The notes under the pieces are model-generated. The model did not search any database. It was given only the letters and a program-made list of their open reading frames with translations, and had not been told where the DNA came from. Made by a program: the position numbers and the translations under genes. Source: Octopus sinensis (taxonomy: Eukaryota). Taken from it: a stretch of DNA of 64,000 nucleotides. This document shows, piece after piece, positions 39,166 through 52,343 of the stretch. Position 1 is the first letter of the stretch, and every line of letters starts with the position of its first letter. Location of the stretch: positions 43,400,001-43,464,000 of the forward strand of contig NC_043010.1 of the NCBI RefSeq assembly GCF_006345805.1, in the 5' to 3' direction.

Positions 39166-39561
39166 TCAACTCGCGATTCACATGCGGTCGCAAATGGAGT
39201 CGAAATCAATTGTCATACATAAAAAAGATTATATGATACCATGCTTGAATACACATACACACCTAAATCTTAATCTTCGGAGAAATCGTCTCACAAGTGT
39301 TTGTAATTAAACGCATCCTGTTTAAACAAGCACATTTCACAAGTCAACTACTTCATCCGACTTCCTCCATGGACCTAAATGCTCACTTTCTAAGCAATTA
39401 AACCTAACCCAATTTTGCATCATCCTAAATTCTGGCTTTATTCTCCTTAAGCCATTTACCACTTGCAAAGAGTGCCTAACTTTATTAAACTTGTTATGTG
39501 GTAGGATAGTTAGATATGTTGAACTACAGATAAACAATTGTGCATCTCTGTCTCTGTCTGT

Positions 39562-39600
<39 letters not shown>

Positions 39601-41619
39601 CGCATACACACATATGTGTGTATGTGTTTAAGTTTATCATTTTAAATCGATTTTAAGAATAACAAGGGAATAACAGCAGGACATTTATTGATGGGAAGAC
39701 TCAATAGTGAAAGTAGAATCAAATTAATGGTAAATTTATTCTTCGCTGGGACTTTATGTTTCACCTGGTGGCTTATTCAACCAGATCGGCGAAACAGCTC
39801 CTGTCAAAAAGAATTGTGTGCGTGCATTTATGCGTGCGCGCATGTCAAGCAGAGACATTGAAAGAAAACTTTATATTCAGTGAGAAGACTTCATCCATAA
39901 ATCATCAAAATTGAAACAGCGTTATTTTAATTATTTATCTATTACCAAAGATCAAACAGTGATTAACTGTATATTTGGCACTTCTTCGGAAATGTCCTCT
40001 TGTGTACAAAATTTTCTATGATTTGTGAACTGAATTTTGATCCAATGTCGAATCGAGTTAAGCCACTAGATGGCTTTGTACCATGTTTGTTCTGAAATAG
40101 TTATTTATCCATTAAAGTTTACTGAATGAATGTTCCGCTGAGGCGGGTGTTGTAGGTATCTGAAGAAAAATTGAGAATAATGCACAAATATTTGGGGAAA
40201 TACTTTCCAATTTAGAGTTACTTATTTTGTTGAGTATACCCATGAGTTTGAGCTGTAGTTGCCTTGGTGTAGTTATCTTCATTTCCACTTATTCATTTGA
40301 AAGTGCTTTGCTAATTACATCAGTATCGTAAATTTCTGCAAATGAAATGCGCTTTGTGGTTGAAATAGTTTCTATAAAGAAAGGTATTTTCTCTGCAGTA
40401 TCAAATCTTTCTGTTTGGTTACCAATGTTAGAGTCGAAAATATGAATAAACAGAAATCCGAAATAATGAGTCTGCAGCACTTGAGTTCAGGATCTTTTAC
40501 CTGGCTTTCATCACTTGACTGGTTCTCATGACACAAAATTCTTTATTTCACAAGTTAATATTTGCTTGTAGATTAAGTTAAGTATTGCAGGCTTGGCCAC
40601 TGGATAGCTGACATACGATTCCATGAATGATAGTCTCTGTGCGTCAGAAGAGTTTACCTTCTTTTACGAGGCGATAGGAAATGATATTACAAGCACATTC
40701 AATAGTTCCAAATATAGCAACTGCGTCAGTACCAGTGGCGGCTCGTAGATAAAATTAGTGGGGGTGCTGCTTCAGAAAACTTTTAGCCGTTGTTTTAATA
40801 TTGTGTAAAAGAAAATTTATACTTGATCGGTCCGCGTTTTAGCCACTGCCGGGCAATGTGTTTAATTTATTCAGTGAACGCTGCCACGAACTCCCCCTTA
40901 TTTTTAAAAGAAATCCCCTTAAATCACAAAATATGGGGGGTGGGATCTGCTCTATTTTTCAAATCCTGGCAGCAACGCTATAGCTGGAAGCAGGATAATA
41001 ATCTAATTCTACATTTTATCACATTCAAGAATACAAATGCGTTTTTAAGCATAACACACGCGGAGTCAAAAAAAACGCTACCTACCGGCACTGCGTGAAG
41101 CACAGTGCTCTCTCTCTCTCTCTCCCTAGCGTGCAGCTTCCTACCTCGGACATGTGAGCATGCGCACAACAGACAAACACGGCGTCGCTGGAACTGGGAA
41201 GCGCACAGTTCTAAAAAGGATTTTTGTATTTTTTTCATAAACTAAGGGATAGCTATTGATATTAAGCTTATAATGTACAAGTATAAAGAAAGAATTAAAG
41301 AAAAAAGGACTCATTATATTGAATGTTATCGATAATATCGAGTGGAAATAGGGGGTGCTGCAGTTATGTAGTGCCTATACATGAGCTGCCACTGTTCAGT
41401 ACTGCACTCTGTCGAATCCTAGTCACACAAATTCACTGTATAGATGCCATGTTTACTATGTCAGAATCTGTTTTCTTGCAAAAGTCTTCCGAAGATACAA
41501 AGCTTTCTTGACTCGATACTTCACAATCTATACTCTAAAAATAACGAAGGATAAATGTGTGCTCGTTAGGTGCTACTGTTGAACAGTATTTTGCCTTTGA
41601 TCTTTAGCTAACAAATATT

Positions 41620-41828
41620 GGTTTCAAATTTTGGCACAAGGCCAGCAAGTCCGAGGGTGAGGAGTAAGTCGATTACATCGACCTCAGTGTTCAACTGGTA
41701 CTTATTTTATCGTTCCAGAAAGGATGAAAAGCAAAGACCACATCGGCGGAATTTGAGCTAAGAACGCAAAGACGGACGAAATGCCGCTAAACATTTTTCC
41801 CGACGCGTTTCTGCCAGTTCACCGCCTT
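41620..41828 (-). mobile_element. Older SINE family C variant
   Basis: Same head, core and tail as the 31217 copy. Confidence 0.78.
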
Positions 41829-42741
41829 CAGTTGGCAAATATGCTTACAATATACCTCTATGTTTTTTGGATGTGTTTCATCTTTCTGACAAGGATTTTC
41901 AGTAAGAGATTCTAATGAGGTACAAGTCCAGTTAACCAACAAAATCTACCATTGTAAACATCGTGAACCAGATTAGTGGTAGCACGGAATGCTAACCACA
42001 TTTCACCTGCTTGTATAACTATCCAGAAGGATAGATATATCATTGAAAACAATAGATTTAGTTGGTGGTCTTGTTATCACTATTCTAGCTTTTGTTGAAG
42101 TAGAAGAGGTTAGAAAGGGTCAAGTGGTGAAGACATTATTTCGGCCTAGCTAAAGGCATCTGGTTCCACCGCGGGAAAAGTTCTGTTGCAGTGTTAATTT
42201 AAATTTGGCTGTGGTGGAGAGAATCCACTTCATGCTTGCAAGATTCACTACATATATATGAAATAAAACTGTCCTGAAATTCTTTATGGATGAGCCGTTA
42301 GAAATAGCCGCCAAATCTCATTCAAATCACATTCTACTGACTTAGTAAAGAAAAGGTTACATAAGCAAATGTAGTCCTAGATATCTACGAACGCACAATA
42401 ATCATTACTCAATGCTTTTATTATACCTCCCAGGTTAGGGTTGGCCAAGATCTAAACAACAACAACAACAACAATACTTTATCAAACCATTAGGCTACCT
42501 TATTGTACTACAAGACTTTGCCATCAACTTCAATGTATCTTTGTAACTACCCACATCTATTCAGACACGCTTCTGCACACATTTACCCAAAATGCACACA
42601 TCTAATGCATATATCAGATTTCCTAACTCTGCAACAAAAATCAACAACCACATCTAATAACTCGTCGTCACATCTATACCATTACCTGCCATCCATGGAC
42701 AAAAACGTCATCCGCTGTTGCTGCTGCTGCTGCTGCTACTG

Positions 42742-42788
<47 letters not shown>

Positions 42789-43149
42789 GTCACTCACTCT
42801 TAACCCTACGGTTACCTCCACCAACATAACATGTTCACCTCCATCGTTAACAGACATTTGTTTACATTCTCTTTCTCTCCCTCTCTCCCTCTCTCTCCTC
42901 CTCTCTCTCCCCCTCTCTCTCTTTCCTCTCACACACACTCAACTACATCTACACGTGTCCAACCAAACCACAGCCCCGAATTCTCTGTAACCACCTTCCA
43001 CTTACCACCCACGCAGATGCTACTACCATCACACGTAGAGTTCCACTCTATATTTCTAATATATTTATCTTAACCCTGCCACTAGAACAGCCGCACAAAT
43101 ACAATAATAGATCCCGGATTCTGGGTTAGCATTTACAAAGTCCTACCTA

Positions 43150-43187
<38 letters not shown>

Positions 43188-43489
43188 CTGGAATAATTTT
43201 AACACTCAAAGCTACAGAGAGGAATAAGTACTGTTGTCATGAGCAACGAAAAAAACACCCACCACCACCACCACCACCCCACCATTCAACCACCATCATC
43301 ATCATCATCATAGTGTCAGTAGCACCACTTTCTGCACAAACTATATTCCCCCCCACCATCACCACCCTCACACTCCTCCAACACACAACACACATTTCTA
43401 TATCGATATCATTCTACTTTCTTGGTTTAGAGTTACATCGTGATGGTAGGTGGCGACGACGACTGTAGTAATGATGACGACGATCATCA

Positions 43490-43516
43490 TAACAGCCATA
43501 AAAAAAAAAAAAAAAA

Positions 43517-43549
<33 letters not shown>

Positions 43550-43569
43550 TAATAATAACAATAATGATG

Positions 43570-43657
<88 letters not shown>

Positions 43658-43659
43658 TA

Positions 43660-43691
<32 letters not shown>

Positions 43692-43698
43692 GATGATG

Positions 43699-43735
<37 letters not shown>

Positions 43736-43767
43736 TAATAATAATAATAATAATAATGATGATGATG

Positions 43768-43799
<32 letters not shown>

Positions 43800-43834
43800 T
43801 AATAATAATAATGATAATAATAATAATGATGATG

Positions 43835-43869
<35 letters not shown>

Positions 43870-43874
43870 TAATG

Positions 43875-43936
<62 letters not shown>

Positions 43937-43950
43937 TGATGATGATGATA

Positions 43951-43986
<36 letters not shown>

Positions 43987-44079
43987 TAATAATAATATAA
44001 TAATAATGATGATGATGATATAATAATAATAATAATATAATAATATAATAATAATAATGATATAATAATAATGATGATG

Positions 44080-44118
<39 letters not shown>

Positions 44119-44155
44119 TGATGATGATGATGATATAATAATAATAATAATAATA

Positions 44156-44187
<32 letters not shown>

Positions 44188-44214
44188 ATGATGATGATGA
44201 TGATGATGATGATG

Positions 44215-44248
<34 letters not shown>

Positions 44249-44274
44249 TAATAATAATAATGATGATGATGATG

Positions 44275-44333
<59 letters not shown>

Positions 44334-44340
44334 TTCTTTT
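43490..44340. repeat. ~850-bp (AAT)n/(GAT)n trinucleotide tract
   Basis: Directly visible; source of the poly-Y/I/L ORFs. Confidence 0.97.
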
Positions 44341-46079
44341 AAAAATAATGATTTCTTTAATAGTAATAATAAGGAAAAGGAGAGAAGAGAACGGAAAGAG
44401 AGGAGGGGGATAACGAGGAAATAAAGCTGAATGATGAAATGGTGATGGTGATGATGATATTGTCAATGGTAGTAATTATACTAATGATGAAGACAACGAT
44501 AATGACAACAATATCAACGTTGATGGTGGTCGTCTTCTTTATTGCTCGCTATGCAACCTTTTAAGCTCATGCCCTATTTGCATTGTTTCGTGTGTTTAGA
44601 CGTAGAGTCAATAGCAACGGTAGCAGCTTCGGCGACAAATAACTACCAACAATAAATATACTATAAGAGCGGCAACAATAGACTGGAAAGTAGCACCTAC
44701 TAATCTACCATCTTTCTTATTAGTAACGCCAAGAAACATCAAGTACAACCAGCCATCACACTCAGCTTTCATATAAATCTGTACCACAGTAGATGCGAAG
44801 AACACGGTCTAAAGCGGTCTACAATGCCTGGACAAAAGTCATTCACGATCGGCAAGTCCTGCAAGGCAAATGATGCCTTTTGACATTTCATGTGCTGCAA
44901 GTTCTCTTGCTTTCCAGCCTGTAGTTTATTAGCTAGCTCTCCTGCAAACAAAGGATTTCTACCACCTTCCACTCCCGAGACATGGGGGATCTATAAACAG
45001 TATTCCCACAGAAGAAGCCTCTATATTTGCTGCCCGGTCATTTTATCCAATTTCATACTCCACGCACTGAAAAATTAAAAAAAATTCATCCAAAACTTTT
45101 CCCTTCATTCCATTAGTCTCAATACCAGACAAAACACCTCTGATTACTTCCAACAATGACACCAACCCTTACAATGTCCCTTTTATTATCCTCCATACAA
45201 CCCAAAGTTCTTCACACGCACTCTCGCCCTCTCTACCTCTCTCACTCTTTTCTTTTGCTACAATGTGTCTATTATCTATTTAATGCCACCAGTTATTAAT
45301 TAACCTATTGCTCTTACTTCTCACTTCTCAAAGACAATCGTTAACAAACACTAAGTCCATCCCTTTCCATAACCACACACAGCTAGATCTACTAGAGAGA
45401 CCGGCATTCTTAAGTCACTCAGTGGCCCTTCGACCATCAGAAATTTGATGAATACAAATTTGTTGCACTTGGTGCCAGCCAAACGTTTGACTGTGTCTGG
45501 AATAAGTTTCTTTCTAATTAAACTGCCTGCCTGTAGGTTCGACTTCTCACGTCTGTCGGTTTGAAAACTTCATGTCAGATTGCATCAAAACATCGTTCGT
45601 TCACAAAGGTTCCTTTCACCTGCATTCTAACAAATGTGGTGTAATCCAAGTTTCCCTTGAGTCTCCCACACCCTTTCCGCTCGCACACACAAACACACGA
45701 TTTTAAATATGTGTTCGTGTGTGTGGGTGTATTGTGTATCGTATATCATATAGAGTGCATTAACATTTAACGCGCAAACATGAACACTTGATTGCATAAA
45801 TAGGAAATTGTAGGTATCCACAAAGATAAGCATATACCAACCTGTCTCCAACCCCAGGTGTATTGGTATATATTCACACAGTATTCATGCCTTTTGTTCA
45901 CAAAAAAGCAAGACTAGATATGTAGATACGTACTGCACCTATCTTATATGTGCAGCCCAACAATGAAAATTTCTAGGAGTGCATGAACGCGCAGTGTATG
46001 TATACGTTTGTATGCGTATGCAGTCATATACATATGTATGTGTATGACTGCACAGGCCTGTATATATATATATAGTTAA

Positions 46080-46290
46080 TTCAAACATGAAAACACAAAG
46101 AGAAAACACAACAACGCGAGGACGTGGAGCAAGTATAGTATTATTGGACGCTCAGGAAAGGAAAGAAAGAAGGAGGGCTTAACGTTTCGAGCGGAGCTCT
46201 TCGTCAGAAACATAGGAAAAGGAAAGATCCAAAAAGGGAAGACGGATGAAAAAAATCGCCAACGGTACACACGCGGTCACATTTTGAAGA
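46080..46290 (-). mobile_element. Short PLE pseudo-LTR-like module with a minimal hammerhead motif at 46176-46213
   Basis: Minus strand: gttt-CTGACGA-A-GAGC-tcc-GCTC-GAAACGTT-aagc; flanked by TA tracts. Confidence 0.5.
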
Positions 46291-49200
46291 GTATATATAT
46301 AATTTTGTGTGAGAGTGTACTTGTATGTATATAAGCAAATATGTGGATGTGCAAGCACATGCGTATATACGTAAATATATGGATATATGTACACACATGT
46401 ATATGTATAGAAGTCGGTGTATATGTATGTATCTATATACATATTTATATGTGTGTCTGTTTGTGTATAGGCAAGTATAGACATACAGTTATATACATGC
46501 ATGTGCCTATATTTGTACATTTATAAATAACCATGCTAGAAGCATATTAGAATACAGTGTATATCAACCTATTATTTTTCTAAATAATAAAAATTTAAAA
46601 TTACTTAAAAGAAGGCTTCTGACATCAATACTAACTTTCACCTCTTTCTGGCCTACATTCTGAGAAAAATCGAACGGTGTATCCATAAGCATTGTATTAT
46701 GAGCCCTAAAATAGCACTAAACCATCCAATATATATCTTTTAAAAAATCTTGGTTAATAAAAAAAAATTAATAAATAAAATACCTTAACACAAATTGTAA
46801 CCTGAATATGACACTTTTGCCACAGAATCCAACAAATTTCTTTTATTAAACCAGGAAGAAGAAAAAAAAACTATCCCCCACGTTCTTTTCTTCTCTTCCC
46901 ACATCCTACACAGATATATTTTCATCCGATACTTCTCCATCGAATTTCCTATGCAACAATTTCTCCTCCTTCCTGCCCACACCAACCTAATTTTCATTTG
47001 CATTACTGCAAAGGAACAACTCGCTAAAAACACCAAGGTTTGAAAGAACAAAATAGACCCCAGTCCCGATGATTAGATTAAAAATTTGGGGTGTCTTATT
47101 GAGATATTTATTGACGTCATATGTAGATGGATTTAAACATATGGCTTAGAATAAAGATACCTGAAGATAGAAAATGTCATATTTTGCCTCCTATATTTGT
47201 TTTTGTTCCCATATATATATTCATATAACATCAACAGCAAAAACAAAAAGAGGGAGCCAAAAATATAGCAAATAATTTCATACCATGAAGACACTGGTGC
47301 CCAAAGGTCTACAACAAAGATATCTTCAAACATGTTGAACATCATAGCATGATTGGGAAGCTACTGATGTGGTTAGCCACAGAAAATTACTAAGACACAC
47401 TGAAGTGAGAAGTGCATGGTCGAAAGACGACAGCTTTATCATCAAACACGACAGAGCTGCAAATAAAACATATTGCATCCCACGCTAACATATCTCTGTG
47501 GATATTAACATTTGATATATTTTTGAAACGGAGTCCCATTAATAGTAAAGTTATTGCGAAGTGCTGACTTTGAGAATCTAAACTACTGGTGACTAATTGA
47601 CAGAATTAATTCTTGGCGAGATTATTTTGATAAATTGTGAAGATGATCTCCAAGGATAGAAACACTCTACTTTTAATGATGGTGTTGGTGTCATTAGTAG
47701 TAATGTTAGCGGTGGTGCCAGTGGCGGTGTTAACTACTGGTACTAATGGTGTAGGTGTTATCTATAAAGTTGTTTTCAGTGGTAGCGTTATTGTTGGTTG
47801 TGTGTTTATGGTAGCGCGTTTTTGATAGTGATTTTTGTTGGTCGTGGTGACTGTGTTCTTGTATTGGTGTTGTTGGTAGGTTTGAATTTGGTGACGATGA
47901 TGATGACGACGACGAGGAGGATATATAAATGTTACAGTTGTGTTGGGGTTTTGATGTAATATGTCATCATACCAAAACTGTAAGGCATTACCAGAAGTTT
48001 GTAGTTGGCTCAAGCTCTAGACCGATGTCTAAGATAATAAGTTACTATAACTAACACTATCACTGCTACCACCACCTTACTAATACTTCTTCCTCAAATA
48101 TCTCTGACCCTTCTATCCAACTCTAGTCCACCCTCAACCAGTCAGATATAAAGAAATGTTTCCTGCCTGTTTGAGTGTAGTATGTATGCTTGCATGCACG
48201 CACGCGCGCCTGCTTATACTATAAATTCATCTTACTCTGTTATACCACTTTCTATACTTTGGATCAATAAATAGTTAAACTTCACTGTTAATTTATCTGG
48301 TATAGTCATCTATTTTGTATTGCAGAAATACAATCTAATGTTCATGCTAGTTAAAATGACTATGTGGATGTAATATTGGGCTTCCAGCTCATAGTTTATG
48401 AGTTGACTGATTTAACGATATAATAAATGGATAAGGAAACACAACCAGCCATTCTATATCTTTAATTAATGCTTTTCCCTAAATTATGTATCCACTGGAA
48501 AGGGTAATGATGGTCTCTATTTGTATGAAGAGTACGTCTAAATATTGACTAACATTTCACTTTGAGCCATTTATTACTGAAGCATTGTATTGTACACTTA
48601 GCTCTCAACATCCCATTTTATCTATCTGTATGCAGATTTTATTTTGTCAACCACCGTAAACAGTTGTAGTACCGCAAAATTAATGAGTGTTTTGGTATCT
48701 TGCAGAAGAAAGGTTAGAAGTTCATCTGTCAATCTTCCTCAGTAAAATCCCTAAATGGTTAAAACGAAACAAATTTCCAGACTGTATCAGGTTGAGTGTA
48801 CCTCAAAGTATTTGATCACTAGCTGCGGATTAGTTGACGATATAGAATAAGTAATCTATAGACTCTAGGTGATGGTATGGAGTAGTTAGTTATACAATTC
48901 CGAGAGTTTAATTGATTGTATAAAATGTACCATATACAGTTCACAGATAAAATTTGGTTTCATAGAATACTTAACTGCACAAATAACATTTGTTGAGTGT
49001 ATGATATAGTTAACCAGTGACACGGCAATGATTAACTGAAACTGTCTACATTAGCCAAGGGTATCAGAAGAGTTACAATTACTTCGTTGTAACCAATAAC
49101 ATTACAATGACTTCGTGAAAGTCCACACATGGTAACAGAAGTGGTTATCTAAATATCTCTACAACAGCTAATGATGTGGAAAGGCTATCAGAAGCTGCCT

Positions 49201-50099
49201 ACATTTGTGATGGTACGAGAACGATTGGATAAAACTCCATACATTAACTGATGATGTTGTAATTGTTAATTGAAAATTTTTGCGCCAGCTAACATTACGG
49301 GAATGATAACTTGAATTATCTACAATACATGAACCGTTAGGTAAAACTGTGTCAGCTGATAGGATAGTAGAGTTTTGATTAGTAATGGATTGGAAATGGT
49401 GGGGTGAAAGATGAGGAGACAGCTGCCGCTGACATTACGACTACATGCTGGAAGTTTGGTTAGTATCTTGTCTGAGAGTGTATTTTCTTTTATATCTGTC
49501 ATGAGACGAGTAGCTTGCAACTAGTACAGAAAGCTGGTGCAACAGTGTGTACACCATTTCACACCACTACCATCCTCCTGACAAACCCTACACTTTTAGC
49601 TTGCTACTGCATTGATCACTTTGCAGTAACATTTTGAGAATGTTGTATCGATTTGTGTTGATGTTTTTAAGTCCAATCTTATCAGTATTCCAATGCAAAC
49701 ACTCTCCACCCACCCACCTTCAGCAATAACACCAACAGCACCACCACTGTAATTTAACATGTAGCCAAACAAATGCATGCACACACATTCACATCCATAT
49801 ACATGCCCGGATACACTCATTAATTCATATACCCACACCAGCCATTAGTCCCTTACATATAATAAATATGTATATAGCGACATGTCTATAACTGTAATAC
49901 CCTTATAACCTAATCTTAATCTAGTCCTGAGACTGAAGAAAATTAATTTAATTGTTCAACGATTGTTCTTCAGAAAAGTGCAATGCATTCCTCACATGAC
50001 CAAAGTGGATCAACCGAATTCCACTGCTCTGAGTGAATGGTAAGCAAATTCCTACTTCCAATAGACTTGTAACTGTACAAGGATTAAAAAAATAATATC

Positions 50100-50487
50100 G
50101 ATTTCAATTTTTGGCATATAGCCAGCAATTTCGAGGGAGGGGTTAAGTCAATTACATCGAACCCAATACTCAACTGGTATTTATTTTATCAACCCCGAAA
50201 GGATGAAAGGCAAAGTGGACCTCGGCGGAATTTGAACTCAGAACAGAAGACAAATGAAATACCTATTTCTTTACTACCCACAAGGGGCTAAACACAGAGA
50301 GGACAAACAAGGACAGACAAACGGATTAAGTCGATTATATCGATCCCAGTGCGTAACTGGTACTTATTTAATCGACCCCGAAAGGATGAAAGGCAAAGTC
50401 GACCTCGGCGGAATTTGAACTCAGAACGTAGCGGCAGACGAAATACCGCTAAGCATTTCGCTCGGTGTGCTAACGATTCTACAGCTC
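50100..50487 (-). mobile_element. Head-to-tail dimer of SINE family C
   Basis: One head at ~50487 and two cores; junction GAAATAGG|TATTTC at ~50262, as at 27650. Confidence 0.87.
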
Positions 50488-50519
50488 ACCACCTTAGATT
50501 AAGAGATAATGTCGTTTCT

Positions 50520-50727
50520 ACTATAGGCACAAGGCCTGAAATTTCGGGAGTGGGTATAAATCGATTACATCGACCTCAGTACTCAAATGGTACTTATTTT
50601 ATCGACCTCGAAAAGATGAAAGGCAAAGAGGATCTCGGCGGAATTTGAACTCAAAACGTGAGGATGGACGGAAGGCCGATGAACATTTCGCCCGGCGTGC
50701 TAACGATTCTGCCAGCTCACCGCATTA
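50520..50727 (-). mobile_element. SINE family C variant
   Basis: Head, core and tail present. Confidence 0.78.
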
Positions 50728-51139
50728 GATTAAGAGATAATATCAATGATAAAAACACAGAGTAATGTATTTGACTAATAAAGTTTAGTGGTCACTATTT
50801 AATGGATAGTCCACAGACGTATCAAATAGACGTGGGTTTAATTACTTATAAACATTTTATGGAGATTAAAAGCTGGATTATTTACCACTTGGCCAAAATT
50901 TCCCATACTGTGTTTGTTTTGAGTTCTAAAGTAAGATCTTTGATGCTGCTTGTTCAAGTTTGCCTGACTCTATAGCAATTCGGCTCTTACGCAATGATTA
51001 GGGAGATGCTCAACCTAATCCATTATTGCATTTCAATCATGCAAGCTTAGAAGAATTGAGATTAGAGTAAAATGAAAATAAAATGCACGTAAAATATATG
51101 TGCATACGCATATAAACACACACACACACACACACACAC

Positions 51140-51570
51140 ACAGAGGCTGAAGCCATGCTGAAACACCACCTTGAAGTGTGACTAGGTTTTCCCTACGGTT
51201 TCTAGTTAAGTGGCGAATAAGATGGAGCTGCTCTTCTTTGTACCTCCTGCTGCGATGTGGGTTTGTGGGTATCTCAGATAAAAATTTGTTCAGATGCTCT
51301 TTTAAAACTTCTACATCTACATCTCGCATAATCTTTGAGGCTGTTGGGCATAATGTTAAATAATTGTGGACCCTTGAAACCCAAGCTGTTACAGTTCTTG
51401 GTCCTTATTCTAGACGGAGAAGACGAGATCTTTAGGACTATGCAATGCCGTCCAGTTCAGTGGTTGGTATACCTTTCAATTCCAATGTTGGGAGCTAGAC
51501 CGCCCAGGATCTTCTGTAGCACATCACTGCATATCTTTCGTGCTTTCTCTCCAGGGAGTAAAATAAACAG
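51140..51570 (-). mobile_element. CR1/L2-group LINE 3' end
   Basis: SLERKHERYAV...LGFKGPQLFNIMP...EVLKEHLNKFLSEIP across shifting frames. Confidence 0.7.
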
Positions 51571-51609
51571 TTGAATAATCTGGGTGTGTGTTTGTGTATG
51601 CGTGTGTGA

Positions 51610-51647
<38 letters not shown>

Positions 51648-51651
51648 GTGT

Positions 51652-51695
<44 letters not shown>

Positions 51696-51697
<2 letters not shown>

Positions 51698-51896
51698 AGG
51701 CGAGTGACTTAGTGGTTAAGGTGTTAAACTCCTGATCGTAAGACTGTGGTTTCAATTCCTGGACCGGGCGACGCGTTGTGTTATTGAACAAAACACTCCA
51801 TTTCAAGTTGTTCCACTCCACTCAGCTGGTAAAAATTAGTAATCCTGCGACGGACCGGCGTCCCGTCCAGGTGGGGAATATTTACGCCATGAAACA

Positions 51897-51897
<1 letters not shown>
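51696..51897 (+). mobile_element. SINE family D
   Basis: tRNA-like head; homologous to the 22768-23004 copy. Confidence 0.78.
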
Positions 51898-51946
<49 letters not shown>

Positions 51947-51950
<4 letters not shown>

Positions 51951-52150
51951 GAGGAGGCACCCAAAAGTAACCGGAAACGTTCTCTTTGAGACAAGCCCGT
52001 TGTAGTTCAGGTTTCCGCCGCTAGAACTCACTTGATGCAACCCTTCGGCATCAGTCTGCCGACAAACGTCTTAGTGTAAGGTCGTACTGTCACGTAATGC
52101 GTCTTTGCTTTGCAATGCTTTTCTATTTGTAGATTTTTGCGATGGCTTCT
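51947..52150 (+). mobile_element. Mariner-like 5' TIR and leader fragment in (TA)n
   Basis: TA-CGAGGAGGCACCCAAAAGTAACCGGAA resembles mariner TIRs; no partner TIR found. Confidence 0.45.
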
Positions 52151-52343
52151 CAGTTTTTTCGCGTTTCTTCTCTCATTCAATTTTTTTTAGTTCGTTATGA
52201 TATGTGGTTTGTGCCAGCCGATTATGTTTGAGATATTTCTATGAAACAGAAGTAACAGTTAAAGACATGTATTATGTTCTTTGAATAAATAACACACACA
52301 CACACACACATGGAGACACACATACGTGCACACACATATGATA

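Noticed and set aside
43414-44466. 350-aa and 253-aa ORFs rich in Y/I/L/H
   Set aside because: Translations of the (AAT)n/(GAT)n tract
47133-47345. 70-aa ORF with a hydrophobic stretch
   Set aside because: The hydrophobic part comes from T-rich sequence past a likely donor site; no recognisable family
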